DNA of 64,000 nt from Salinivirgaceae bacterium (GCA_017527435.1 JAFXQB010000011.1:16502-80501), one strand, 5' to 3'; positions 29,866 to 39,410 are shown, counted from the first letter of the stretch. Notes: generated from the letters alone by a model not told the origin. Translations and numbers: made by a program.

Positions 29866-29956
29866 AATTCAAATTTTTTGTGTTTAAAAATACGTTTTTT
29901 GATGTCACAATCGAAATAAGTGCTGCGGCGGTGCGCGTCATTTTCTTTCGACACCG

Positions 29957-30045
29957 CAAAAGTATTGTGGCTGTGGGCTTTCCGAAAGGGCATATCGGTG
30001 AACCGATGTTTTTAACCCGATGAATGAATGGTTTCGGCTGGTGAA
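29957..30045 (-). promoter_or_regulatory. -7 promoter motif plus three direct repeats (putative LytTR binding sites)
   Basis: TACTTTTG on - at 29957-29964; TTCAYC on - at 29997-30002, 30019-30024 and 30040-30045 (22- and 21-bp spacing). Confidence 0.6.
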
Positions 30046-30118
30046 ACGGCGGCGGTTTTGCGGAAGTTTTCGGTCTTTTTCTGATGAGAACCGAATATGA
30101 AATCGCTATCAAAAACAA

Positions 30119-30178
30119 AAACTCGCAGACTTGCGAGCAAATTTAGTGAGTGATTTGCGAGTCGCAAGTTTGCGAGTT
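30119..30178. terminator. Long inverted repeat downstream of pyrF
   Basis: aactcgcagacttgcga...tcgcaagtttgcgagtt (one mismatch) with inner gcaaat/atttgc; A-run on the left. Confidence 0.6.
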
Positions 30179-30203
30179 GATGGCGGATAACGGTATATCG
30201 TCC

Positions 30204-31031
30204 TTATTTACAATATCTTTCCAGCATAACCTTCATCTCGTCGGCCACCTTGCAGGCGGCTTCGGCTGCGCGTTCGGCAAAATCCTCGCCGTTGCTTGCG
30301 TAGATGATGGCGCGCGACGAGTTGACAATCAGTCCGCACTGCGAGTTCATTCCGTAGCGGCAGACCTCCTCGAGCGAGCCGCCCTGCGCCCCAATGCCAG
30401 GCACAAGCAGGAAATGGTCGGGGGCGATGCGGCGGATGTCCTCAAACAACTGCCCCTGCGTGGCGCCCACAACGTACATTAACTGGTCGGCGGTGGCCCA
30501 CTGCTGGCTGGTGCGCAACACCTTCTCGAACAGGCGCTCGCCGTTGGCGTCGGCGGTGAGCTGGAAGTCGTGCGAGCCCTTGTTGCTTGTGAGCGCAAGC
30601 AGAATCACCCATTTGCCCTCGTAGGTCAGGAACGGGCTCACGCTGTCCTCGCCCATATACGGCGCCACGGTTACTGAATCGATGTCCAGTTCCTCGAAAA
30701 ACGAGCGTGCGTACATTGCGCTTGTGTTGCCGATGTCGCCGCGTTTGGCGTCGGCAATGATAAACTGCTCGGGATAGTTCTGCTTCAGATATTTGATTGT
30801 CTTTTCGAATGATATCCAGCCTTTTACGCCCATACTCTCGTAAAACGCCAGATTCGGCTTGTAGGCGATGCAATACTGCGCCGTAGCGTCGATGATGGCC
30901 TTATTGAAGGCGAAAATCGGGTCCTCGTCGCTCAAAAGGTGTGAGGGGATTTTCTTGATGTCGGTATCGAGTCCGACGCAGAGAAATGACTGCTTGCGCT
31001 TTATGTTTTCGAAAAGTTCGGTACGTGTCAT
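30204..31031 (-). CDS. pyrF: Orotidine-5'-phosphate decarboxylase
   Basis: [42 protein letters not shown]. Confidence 0.96.
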   Translation of the reverse strand: MTRTELFENIKRKQSFLCVGLDTDIKKIPSHLLSDEDPIFAFNKAIIDATAQYCIAYKPNLAFYESMGVKGWISFEKTIKYLKQNYPEQFIIADAKRGDIGNTSAMYARSFFEELDIDSVTVAPYMGEDSVSPFLTYEGKWVILLALTSNKGSHDFQLTADANGERLFEKVLRTSQQWATADQLMYVVGATQGQLFEDIRRIAPDHFLLVPGIGAQGGSLEEVCRYGMNSQCGLIVNSSRAIIYASNGEDFAERAAEAACKVADEMKVMLERYCK

Positions 31032-31050
31032 AATTGCTTTGTTTAATTAT

Positions 31051-31581
31051 TTAAGCATTGTCTGTGTTTCCAAAATTTGGCATAAACCTTCTTGGATCTT
31101 CTTTTTCCTGACGTCGTTTTAAACGTTCTTCTTCAGTTTCAACTTGAACTGATGGTTCGTTTTTGTCAGTTAGTGTGTTTTCTTGTTTTATGTTAGAAGA
31201 ACCACTTTTTCTCTTTATAAAATAATAACAAAATCCTGCACAGATTACTAATGCGCAAATAATGGCGGCAGTTATTGACTTTGTGGCCAATAATATAACT
31301 CCTAAAATAGAGTATATTATGCCCCAATATTGCATTTCAATCCAAAAGAAAGTGTGTATTCTTTTTACGTTGATTTCTTTGCCCGTTGATTTTTCAATAA
31401 AAATTTTAGGATCTTCATTGTTCCATAAGTTTCCCAAAGACCAGCAAACAGCGGCAGAAGCAAAAAATGAAAAAACAACAGCGTAAAAATCGTATTCTTT
31501 AGGAAAGATAGATAATCCTATTACCCCAAATAATATCAAGGATAATGCACATATAATTCCTCTTCCTGACCAAATTATCAT
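31051..31581 (-). CDS. Hypothetical membrane protein, AT-rich insertion
   Basis: 176-aa ORF with four TM segments and a HTFFWIEMQYWG motif; low GC between prfA and pyrF. Confidence 0.75.
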   Translation of the reverse strand: MIIWSGRGIICALSLILFGVIGLSIFPKEYDFYAVVFSFFASAAVCWSLGNLWNNEDPKIFIEKSTGKEINVKRIHTFFWIEMQYWGIIYSILGVILLATKSITAAIICALVICAGFCYYFIKRKSGSSNIKQENTLTDKNEPSVQVETEEERLKRRQEKEDPRRFMPNFGNTDNA

Positions 31582-31617
31582 AATCGTAGATATTAAATTT
31601 TTTCAAAAATATAAATT

Positions 31618-32730
31618 TTACAAATCCGCTTCCTTAAGTCGCTCGGCGTTTTCGGCTACAATCAAGTGGTCGATGCAGTCTTGGATATCACCGTTGACAA
31701 AGGCGTCAAGGTTGTAGATGGTGTAATTGATGCGGTGGTCGGTGATGCGCCCTTGCGGATAGTTGTAGGTACGGATTTTGGCCGAGCGGTCGCCTGTTGA
31801 GACCATTGTCTTGCGCCGCGATGCAATATCGTCGATATATTTTTGGTGCTCCTTGTCGTAGATGAAGGTGCGAAGGCGGCTCAACGCGCGCTCCTTGTTC
31901 TTTGGTTGGTCGCGGGTTTCGGTACACTCAATCAGAATCTCGTCGACGGCACCAGTAATGGGGTTCTTCCAGTTGTAGCGCAAGCGCACACCCGATTCCA
32001 CCTTGTTCACGTTCTGACCGCCAGCGCCGCTCGAACGGAAGGTGTCCCACTTGATTTCGCCCTCGTTAATCTGTACGTCGAACTCGTCAGCCTCGGGCAG
32101 CACGGCCACCGTCGCCGCCGAAGTGTGGACGCGGCTCTGCGTCTCGGTCACGGGCACACGTTGCACGCGGTGCACTCCCGACTCGTATTTCAATGTTCCA
32201 TAAACACTTGCGCCTGTCACGCGGGCCACAATTTCCTTGTAGCCGCCGCTTGCTCCCTCGCTGCAACTCGACACTTCAATCTTCCAGCCTTTCGATTCGC
32301 AGTATTTGGTGTACATACGGAAAAGGTCGCCAGCAAACAGCGCCGCCTCGTCGCCGCCCGTGCCGCCACGGATTTCGAGAATGGCGTTCTTGTCGTCCTC
32401 GGGGTCCGACGGCAGAAGCAGCAGTTTGATTTCCTCCTCCATAGGCGCCACCTTCGGCTCGTTCTCGTCGAGTTCCATTTTGGCCATTTCGCGCATTTCG
32501 TCGTCCTTCTCGGTGTTCAGAATCTGCCGCGCCTCCTCAATGTTGGAAATCAGCGTTTTGTATTTCTTGTAAACCTCAACAATCGGCTCAAGGTGCTTGT
32601 ACTCCTTGTTGAGTTTCACAAACCGCTTCACGTCGGCAATAACCTCTGGGTCAGTTATTTGCTGCGCCGTCTCCTCGAATCGGATTTTTATTGCTTCAAG
32701 TTTTTCTAAAAGTGTATTTTCTGTTGCCAT
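31618..32730 (-). CDS. prfA: Peptide chain release factor 1
   Basis: GVHRVQRVPVT (PxT), GAGGQNVN, GDRSAKIRTYNYPQGR. Confidence 0.97.
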   Translation of the reverse strand: MATENTLLEKLEAIKIRFEETAQQITDPEVIADVKRFVKLNKEYKHLEPIVEVYKKYKTLISNIEEARQILNTEKDDEMREMAKMELDENEPKVAPMEEEIKLLLLPSDPEDDKNAILEIRGGTGGDEAALFAGDLFRMYTKYCESKGWKIEVSSCSEGASGGYKEIVARVTGASVYGTLKYESGVHRVQRVPVTETQSRVHTSAATVAVLPEADEFDVQINEGEIKWDTFRSSGAGGQNVNKVESGVRLRYNWKNPITGAVDEILIECTETRDQPKNKERALSRLRTFIYDKEHQKYIDDIASRRKTMVSTGDRSAKIRTYNYPQGRITDHRINYTIYNLDAFVNGDIQDCIDHLIVAENAERLKEADL

Positions 32731-32785
32731 ATTTTATTTATTGTCAATTATTTTCCAATGCCCGTATTGTTTTCGCGCTTTTTGC

Positions 32786-32899
32786 TTATATCCTATCGAA
32801 TTGCGTGGTTACGTATTTGGTGTGTTGCTCACGACCTCTCTTTAAGGCGCCATTTTGGCATCTTAAAGCTGAATTTAATTGTTCATCAGCGTCGCTCAT
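32786..32899 (-). pseudogene. 37-codon ORF, probable ORF6N-domain gene remnant
   Basis: Manual translation MSDADEQLNSALRCQNGALKRGREQHTKYVTTQFDRI. The core resembles the ORF6N motif LRxQxxTLKxGRGQHxKY (from recall). ATGA overlap with the HEPN stop. Confidence 0.45.
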
Positions 32900-33300
32900 T
32901 CGTCTGTCTTGTCAAAATCATTTATTAAGGTGACCATCTGATTAACAAAATCGTGCACAGGTTTTGCAAGTGTCTGCACCTCCTCGTCAGAGACATCGTA
33001 GGCGCAGTTGTAATCGGCTTTTTGGCGCAGTTGAAAGAGACGAGCAAGCAAACTACCAGTTTCCATCGGTACAATATTGGTTTTCACAAAATTCTTGCTG
33101 AATTGCATAATCACTCCCGAATGCGTGTGGCCGCTGATTCCGCGTTGAATAAACAGCGCTTGAACTATATGAAAACAAGCATAATAGAAGCGGTTTATGG
33201 CCAAGTCGAAATGGGAAAGTTGCATCATCTCATCGGCTTGATTCAGAAAATGCAACGATTTTGCAACTTGTCTTTCTACTAATAACTGTTTGTTTTCCAT
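32896..33300 (-). CDS. HEPN domain protein
   Basis: AINRFYYACFH, THSG, LRQKADY (Rx4Y). Confidence 0.9.
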   Translation of the reverse strand: MENKQLLVERQVAKSLHFLNQADEMMQLSHFDLAINRFYYACFHIVQALFIQRGISGHTHSGVIMQFSKNFVKTNIVPMETGSLLARLFQLRQKADYNCAYDVSDEEVQTLAKPVHDFVNQMVTLINDFDKTDE

Positions 33301-33304
33301 TGTC

Positions 33305-33637
33305 TTATGTTGTCAGTAGATTTATGGCATCGTGCTTGACATTCTCGTAGAACGGCACAGCCTGATACGATTGCCATTCTTTGGTTGTGTACATTATCGG
33401 GTTGATTTCTTCGCCCAATTCGCAACCAAGCAAAACAAACGGATAACTCACTGAATCATAGTCGGATTGAGTAAGCGTGTTTTTGTCGAGTACAAGTAAA
33501 ATATCCCAATCGGAACCTTTGTGGGCAGTGCCACGAGCCTGTGAGCCGTAGAGTAATGCCATACTTCCAGTAGGGACAACTTTTGCCGCCAAATGCTTGA
33601 TGTCTGACAATATCCTGTTTTTCTTACTTGTATTCAT
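33305..33637 (-). CDS. Minimal nucleotidyltransferase (MNT) protein
   Basis: LYGSQARG, SDWDILLV; directly upstream of HEPN. Confidence 0.9.
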   Translation of the reverse strand: MNTSKKNRILSDIKHLAAKVVPTGSMALLYGSQARGTAHKGSDWDILLVLDKNTLTQSDYDSVSYPFVLLGCELGEEINPIMYTTKEWQSYQAVPFYENVKHDAINLLTT

Positions 33638-33652
33638 ATCGTTACAAATTGT

Positions 33653-33686
33653 TCAGCATTACAAATATAACAAAATTTGTTGCTGA
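33653..33686 (-). promoter_or_regulatory. Promoter and inverted repeat upstream of MNT-HEPN
   Basis: TATATTTG on - at 33662-33669, inside tcagca-tt-acaaat...atttgt-tgctga. Confidence 0.5.
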
Positions 33687-33743
33687 TTTCATTTGCCTTA
33701 AAACGCCTCACGCATTCAGTTAATCTATCAATCTATTAATCAA

Positions 33744-34913
33744 TCAATAAGTAAACTCCCCAAACTCGCTCTTGATTGTGAGCCAGGTGTGGTCCGACGG
33801 CTCGATGCGGCCGATGATTTGCGCGTCGATGCCGAACGATTTTGAGATTTCGATGACTTTCTGCGCGTCGGCAGCGTCGAGATAGACTTCCAGGCGGTGG
33901 CCCATATTGAACACCTTGTACATTTCGCGCCAGTCGGTGCCGCTTTGCTCTTTGATGGTGCGGAACAGCGGCGGAACGGGGAACAGATTGTCCTTCACAA
34001 CGTGCACGCCGTCAACAAAATGCAGCACTTTGGTCTGCGCGCCGCCCGAGCAGTGCACCATTCCGTGGATGGCGGGGCGCAATTCGTCGAGCAGGCGCTT
34101 CACAACGGGCGCGTAGGTGCGTGTGGGCGACAGAACCAGTTTGCCAGCGTCCAGCGGCGAGCCTTCAACCTTGTCGGTGAGTTTCAGATTGCCGCTGTAA
34201 ACCAACTCGTCGGGCACGGCAGCGTCGTAGCTTTCGGGGTATTTCTGCGCCAGATATTTCGCGAACACGTCGTGGCGGGCGCTTGTCAGGCCATTGCTGC
34301 CCATACCGCCGTTGTATTCCTTCTCGTAGGTGGCCTGACCGAACGATGCAAGGCCCACAATCACGTCGCCAGGGCGGATGTTGGCGTTGTTGATGACGTC
34401 GGCGCGGCGCATACGGCAGGTCACTGTGCTATCGACAATGATGGTGCGCACCAGGTCGCCCACGTCGGCAGTCTCGCCGCCAGTGGCATACACGCCCACG
34501 CCCATTTGGCGCAGTTCGGCAAGCAACTCGTCGGTGCCGTTGATGATGGCCGAAATCACTTCGCCAGGAACCAGCATTTTATTGCGGCCTATGGTGCTCG
34601 AAACCAGAATGTTATCCACTGCGCCCACGCAGAGCAGGTCGTCGATGTTCATAATCAGCGCGTCCTGCGCAATGCCTTTCCAAACGCTCAAATCGCCCGT
34701 TTCCTTCCAGTACAGGTAGGCCAGGCTCGACTTGGTGCCAGCGCCGTCGGCGTGCATAATGTTGCAGTAGTCGGGGTCGCCGCCCAGAATGTCGGGGATA
34801 ATCTTGCAGAAAGCCTTGGGGTACAGGCCTTTATCGATGTTTTTGATGGCATTGTGCACGTCTTCTTTCGATGCCGAAACGCCGCGCAGATTGTATCGTT
34901 CTGTATTATTCAT
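33744..34913 (-). CDS. purM: Phosphoribosylformylglycinamidine cyclo-ligase (AIR synthase), Bacteroidota type
   Basis: HADGAGTKS, GGETADVGD, GMGSNGLT, EMYKVFNMG. Confidence 0.92.
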   Translation of the reverse strand: MNNTERYNLRGVSASKEDVHNAIKNIDKGLYPKAFCKIIPDILGGDPDYCNIMHADGAGTKSSLAYLYWKETGDLSVWKGIAQDALIMNIDDLLCVGAVDNILVSSTIGRNKMLVPGEVISAIINGTDELLAELRQMGVGVYATGGETADVGDLVRTIIVDSTVTCRMRRADVINNANIRPGDVIVGLASFGQATYEKEYNGGMGSNGLTSARHDVFAKYLAQKYPESYDAAVPDELVYSGNLKLTDKVEGSPLDAGKLVLSPTRTYAPVVKRLLDELRPAIHGMVHCSGGAQTKVLHFVDGVHVVKDNLFPVPPLFRTIKEQSGTDWREMYKVFNMGHRLEVYLDAADAQKVIEISKSFGIDAQIIGRIEPSDHTWLTIKSEFGEFTY

Positions 34914-34922
34914 ATCGTTAAA

Positions 34923-35900
34923 TTAGAAAAGATAAACCACTAAAAATGAACTGATTATCAGTAATAAAAAGAGAATTTCGCCCACAGCGTTACGCCTTAT
35001 CTGCATAAAATAGAGCGATGTGATGAAGGCCAGCGCTATGGCCACAAAAACCAGCATTGTCAGGCCCGCGCAAGGTATCAGGAAAAATCCCGCTACCGAA
35101 ATGATTATCAGCCAGAAAAACAGCATAAAATACTTGCGCGTCGTCACCTTGTACATACGGATGTACTGCGACATTACAACCAACTCAATCAGCACAATCA
35201 GCGCCATATAGCAGATGGCGGCTATCTGTACAATGCTCAAATTCAGTGTAAAATCTTGTGTCTCAAAGAATTGTTCCATTCGGTCCCAGAACAGCCCCTG
35301 TTGGTCGGTCATAAACATTCCGAAAAGGTAGAAGCCGAAGGGCAGCACAAAACCCAGCACCAGCGCAAGGAACTCGCGGATGTCGAAAAACCGCACAACA
35401 AATTGAGTGGCAATCACAAAGAGCAGCATTGCCGTCAGCGGCGGGTAGAGAAGAGCGCCAATGCCCAGTAGCAGGCCGCTCTCAAAGTAGTATCGTTTCT
35501 GTTCGGGCAGGTGCTCGCTGTCGAATGTCCGCATAATGGTCAGCATAAACAGAAGGTTGGCCAGCATTACGGGCAGAATGTTGTAACTCTGTGCCAACAT
35601 ACTTATTATCAGCACAAAGAACAGCGGCGGTGTTATCACCTTGTCTTCAACAATGATGAATTTCAGGTCGATGCGCTGAAGCATAAAGGCTTCAATCAGC
35701 ATAAGCAGAAAGGCTATCATTTGGGCCGTCCAGTAGTTGGGCAGCAGCATTTGCCGAAGGTTGTGGAACAGAACAGTGCCGTCGGTGATGGCAGGCTGCC
35801 AGTCGGTGTTGCTGATGACGGGAAGCCACAGCAGCACGGCCACGGCAACCGTGAACAGGTGCATTACGGGCGAGTTGCTCTTGTATAGTCTTAATAACAT
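34923..35900 (-). CDS. Conserved polytopic membrane protein (DUF6427-like)
   Basis: About 10 TM helices; position next to purD as in other Bacteroidota. Confidence 0.75.
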   Translation of the reverse strand: MLLRLYKSNSPVMHLFTVAVAVLLWLPVISNTDWQPAITDGTVLFHNLRQMLLPNYWTAQMIAFLLMLIEAFMLQRIDLKFIIVEDKVITPPLFFVLIISMLAQSYNILPVMLANLLFMLTIMRTFDSEHLPEQKRYYFESGLLLGIGALLYPPLTAMLLFVIATQFVVRFFDIREFLALVLGFVLPFGFYLFGMFMTDQQGLFWDRMEQFFETQDFTLNLSIVQIAAICYMALIVLIELVVMSQYIRMYKVTTRKYFMLFFWLIIISVAGFFLIPCAGLTMLVFVAIALAFITSLYFMQIRRNAVGEILFLLLIISSFLVVYLF

Positions 35901-35903
35901 ATT

Positions 35904-37181
35904 TTACAGATTTTGAAGGTCTTGACCGATGTCGCGGCGGAAGTAGGCGCCGTCGAATTTGATACCGCCGATGCTGCGGTACGACTTGTCGAGCGCAGGT
36001 TGGATGCCGTCGGCAAGCGATGTCACGGCCAGAACGCGTCCGCCGTCGGTGAGCACGCGGCCCGAGTCGGGTTTGGTGCCTGCGTGGAACACGGTGCTCT
36101 CGGTCACGCTGCCGAGCCCCGTAATCTCAAAGCCCTTCTTGTAACTCTCGGGGTATCCGCCCGAAACCATTACAACCGTGATGGCCGTCTGCGCCTTCAT
36201 TGTGGCCTTCGTTCCAGCCAGGCGGCGCTCGGCGGTGGCGGCCAGCAACTCAAGCAGGTCGCAGTCCAGTCGCGGAATGACGACTTCGGTTTCGGGGTCG
36301 CCCATACGCACGTTATACTCAATCACATACGGGTCGTTGCCGCATTTTATCAGGCCAAAGAAGATGAAGCCGCGGTAGTCGATGTTGTCGTCGTGCAGAC
36401 CGCGGATTGTGGGCTCAATGATGCGTGTGATGACTTTCTGCTTGAACTCGTCGGTGCAGAACGGAACGGGCGAAACGGCGCCCATACCGCCTGTGTTCAG
36501 GCCAGTGTCGTGCTCGCCAATGCGCTTGTAGTCTTTGGCTTCGGGCAGCAGAACATAGTCGCGGCCGTCGGTGAGCACAAAGAACGAGCACTCAATTCCC
36601 GACAGGAACTCTTCAATGACAACCTTTGCCGATGCGTCGCCAAACTGACCGTCGAGCATTGTCTCAAGGCTCTCTTGTGCTTCTTTCAAGTCGTTGATTA
36701 TCAGCACACCCTTGCCCGCTGCCAGACCGTCGGCCTTCAGAACGTAAGGCGCCTTCAGCGTCTCAAGGAAACGCTTGCCGTCGGCCACCGTGGCCTTTGT
36801 GAAACTGCGGTAGGCGGCCGTCGGGATGCCGTGCTTCTGCATAAACTGCTTGGCGAATTCCTTGCTGCCTTCCAACTGCGCGCCTTCGGCCGAAGCGCCC
36901 ACCACGCCAACGTTCTTTGTGTCGGCGTTGGCGGCCAGAAAATCGGCGATGCCCTTCACCAGCGGCTCTTCGGGGCCCACAACCACAAGGTCGATGTTGT
37001 TCGACTTTACAAACTCGCCAATGGCCTGAAAATCAGTTACCTTGATAGGCACGTTGGTGCCCACGGCGGCTGTTCCAGCGTTGCCAGGCGCAATGAAGAG
37101 TTTTGTCAGTTTGGGGCTTTGCGCCACTTTCCACGCAATGGCGTGCTCACGGCCACCAGAGCCAATAATCAAGACGTTCAT
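35904..37181 (-). CDS. purD: Phosphoribosylamine--glycine ligase
   Basis: GSGGREHA, KADGLAAGKGV, GLNTGGMGA, EYNVRMGDPET, GGRVL. Confidence 0.98.
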   Translation of the reverse strand: MNVLIIGSGGREHAIAWKVAQSPKLTKLFIAPGNAGTAAVGTNVPIKVTDFQAIGEFVKSNNIDLVVVGPEEPLVKGIADFLAANADTKNVGVVGASAEGAQLEGSKEFAKQFMQKHGIPTAAYRSFTKATVADGKRFLETLKAPYVLKADGLAAGKGVLIINDLKEAQESLETMLDGQFGDASAKVVIEEFLSGIECSFFVLTDGRDYVLLPEAKDYKRIGEHDTGLNTGGMGAVSPVPFCTDEFKQKVITRIIEPTIRGLHDDNIDYRGFIFFGLIKCGNDPYVIEYNVRMGDPETEVVIPRLDCDLLELLAATAERRLAGTKATMKAQTAITVVMVSGGYPESYKKGFEITGLGSVTESTVFHAGTKPDSGRVLTDGGRVLAVTSLADGIQPALDKSYRSIGGIKFDGAYFRRDIGQDLQNL

Positions 37182-37183
37182 AT

Positions 37184-37936
37184 CTATTTGTTTTTAAATA
37201 ATTTAAGAATTTGTTCAAGGTCTTCGGGGGTGTCAACCGACAGCCCTTCGTCGGTGGTGACGGCGGTCTGAATCTGATAGCCGTTCTCGAGCCAGCGCAA
37301 CTGCTCAAGCGACTCGGCCGACTCAAGGCTGCTCTTGCCCAACTTTGTGATTTCCAACAAGATGTCTTTGCGGTAGCCGTACATTCCAATGTGCTGCAGA
37401 AACGGGTGCTTGTGCAGCCACTCTTGGGGTTCGCTTCCGCGGATGTGCGGAATGGTCTGACGGCTGAACAGCAGCGCGCGGCCGTTCTTGTCCACCACCA
37501 CCTTCGGCTTGTTGGGGTTGAAGAGCGTCTGCTCGTCGTCGACGGGTTTCACAAGCGTGGCAATCTGCACGTTGCTGTCGTTGAACAAGTTAGCCAGCAG
37601 GTTGATTTGCTTTTCAGCGATGAACGGCTCGTCGCCCTGAATGTTGATGACCACGTCAACCGCCTGATGATAGTCCTGCTCGAACTTGAGCACTGCTTCA
37701 GCGCAGCGGTCGGTGCCGCTCGGGTGCTTGTCCGACGTCATAACAACCTTTCCGCCAAACGCCTGCACAGCGTCGTAGATGCGTTGGTCGTCAGTTGCCA
37801 CAACCACGTGCTCAAGCGCCTTCGACGCCTGCTCAAACACTCGCTGCACCATTGGCTTGCCCGCAATGTCGGCAAGCGGCTTGCCAGGAAACCGTGTGGA
37901 AGCGTATCGGGCGGGAATTATACCTAAAATGACCAT
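37184..37936 (-). CDS. kdsB: 3-deoxy-manno-octulosonate cytidylyltransferase
   Basis: IPARYASTRFPGKPL, SGTDR, NIQGDEP, ESLEQLRWLE. Confidence 0.97.
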   Translation of the reverse strand: MVILGIIPARYASTRFPGKPLADIAGKPMVQRVFEQASKALEHVVVATDDQRIYDAVQAFGGKVVMTSDKHPSGTDRCAEAVLKFEQDYHQAVDVVINIQGDEPFIAEKQINLLANLFNDSNVQIATLVKPVDDEQTLFNPNKPKVVVDKNGRALLFSRQTIPHIRGSEPQEWLHKHPFLQHIGMYGYRKDILLEITKLGKSSLESAESLEQLRWLENGYQIQTAVTTDEGLSVDTPEDLEQILKLFKNK

Positions 37937-37953
37937 TATCTAAAATTTTGCGC

Positions 37954-37961
37954 CAAATTTA
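37954..37961 (-). promoter_or_regulatory. -7 promoter motif for the kdsB-purD operon
   Basis: TAAATTTG on - (fits TAnnTTTG), 17 bp upstream of the kdsB ATG. Confidence 0.5.
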
Positions 37962-38224
37962 CTAAATAGTTAGGGCGGGTTCAAAATTCGGCAAGGTTAT
38001 TTTTTATCTATGTTCAAAGTGTTGCAACTGTGCGGTTTTGCAACTGTCATAGCCGTCGAAAAAATCCCCATTCCCAATTTTTTTCCTTCACAGAGTATCA
38101 CCCAATCAAAAAATATTCTACCTTTAAAAGACGCTTTCGAGCGGAAAATTACGTAGTCGTTCCTGATTCGCCAAATAGGTGGTCTTTAAGCAACTACGCC
38201 AAACTTGAATATTATTTTGATGAT

Positions 38225-39313
38225 ATGGGACTTTTAAAATCATTGGTTGCAACGTGCCTTTTGTTGGCGGCAAACCCGATATTTGCGCAAGACACCATTA
38301 CGAATCAGACAGACACGGCGGCAGCCATTGCACCGTCAGAAAAAGGTTTCGACGCGGGCGAAGTCATAATGCACCACATAAAAGACTCGCACTCGTGGCA
38401 CTTCTACGACCGCTCGGCACCCGACGGCAGCGAGTCGGCAGTGGCCATTCCGCTACCTATTATATTATATAGCGACGGCCACCTTGACGTTTTTATGTCG
38501 TCGGCGTTTGACGAAGGCAAGAAGACCGTTGTGCGTGGCGGGGGCAGCCGTGAGTACATTCTGCACCACGACAAGATTTACTTTGCCGAGAACGGCCAAC
38601 TCAAGCACGACGAGCGCGGCGCCATTCTGAACGCCGCACCGCTCGACCTTTCCATAACCAAAAACGTGGCTTCGATGATGCTCTCGGCCATTCTGCTGCT
38701 CTGGATTTTCATTGCCACCGCGCGCGGCTACAAAAAATACGGCGAAGTGCCCACAGGCCTGCGCGGATTTACCGAGCCGCTCATTCTCTTTGTCAAAGAC
38801 GAGATTGCAGTGCCCAACCTGGGCGAGGCGCACTACCGCAAGTATCTGCCCTACCTGCTCACGCTCTTCTTCTTCATTTGGATAAACAATATGCTCGGCC
38901 TGCTGCCAATGGGCGCCAACCTGACAGGCAACACCGCAGTAACAATGCTGCTTGCCCTGTTCACATTCATAATCACCAACGTATCAGGCTCGAAGCACTA
39001 TTGGAAAGAGATTGTTTGGATGCCTGGCCCGCCCGTTCTGGTCAAGCCGATAATGACAGTGATTGAGTTGATTGGCCTGTTCACCAAGCCCTTCTCGCTA
39101 ATGATTCGATTGTTCGCCAACATTACCGCAGGGCACATTATTGTATTGAGTTTCATTTCGCTGATATTCATATTCAAGAGCGTGCTGATTTCGCCCGTTT
39201 CCATTGTCTTTGTGCTGTTTATGGACGTTCTGGAGTTGCTCGTCGCAGCGCTGCAGGCCTACATTTTCACAATGCTGACGGCAATGTATATTGGTATGGC
39301 GGTGAAACATTGA
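38225..39313 (+). CDS. atpB: F0F1 ATP synthase subunit a
   Basis: IMHHIKDSH, DLSITKNV, IRLFANITAGH, LQAYIFTML. Start set to the ATG at 38225. Confidence 0.95.
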   Translation: MGLLKSLVATCLLLAANPIFAQDTITNQTDTAAAIAPSEKGFDAGEVIMHHIKDSHSWHFYDRSAPDGSESAVAIPLPIILYSDGHLDVFMSSAFDEGKKTVVRGGGSREYILHHDKIYFAENGQLKHDERGAILNAAPLDLSITKNVASMMLSAILLLWIFIATARGYKKYGEVPTGLRGFTEPLILFVKDEIAVPNLGEAHYRKYLPYLLTLFFFIWINNMLGLLPMGANLTGNTAVTMLLALFTFIITNVSGSKHYWKEIVWMPGPPVLVKPIMTVIELIGLFTKPFSLMIRLFANITAGHIIVLSFISLIFIFKSVLISPVSIVFVLFMDVLELLVAALQAYIFTMLTAMYIGMAVKH

Positions 39314-39410
39314 TTAGTTAGGAATTAGGATTTAGGAGTTAGAATTTTATAGTTAGAATTTAATAATTAACAATTTAAGACAAATGTAGGGACGTGGCGT
39401 GCCGCGTCCG
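39314..39410 (+). repeat. Heptamer array plus GTAG REP hairpin
   Basis: ttaggaa-ttaggat-ttaggag-ttagaat right after the atpB stop. tgtagggacgtggcgtgccgcgtccg at 39385-39410 is the exact reverse complement of 7928-7953. Confidence 0.82.

Noticed and set aside
38030-38224. 65-codon N-terminal extension of atpB in the ORF track
   Set aside because: AT-rich divergent promoter region; the ATG at 38225 gives a normal signal-like N-terminus.
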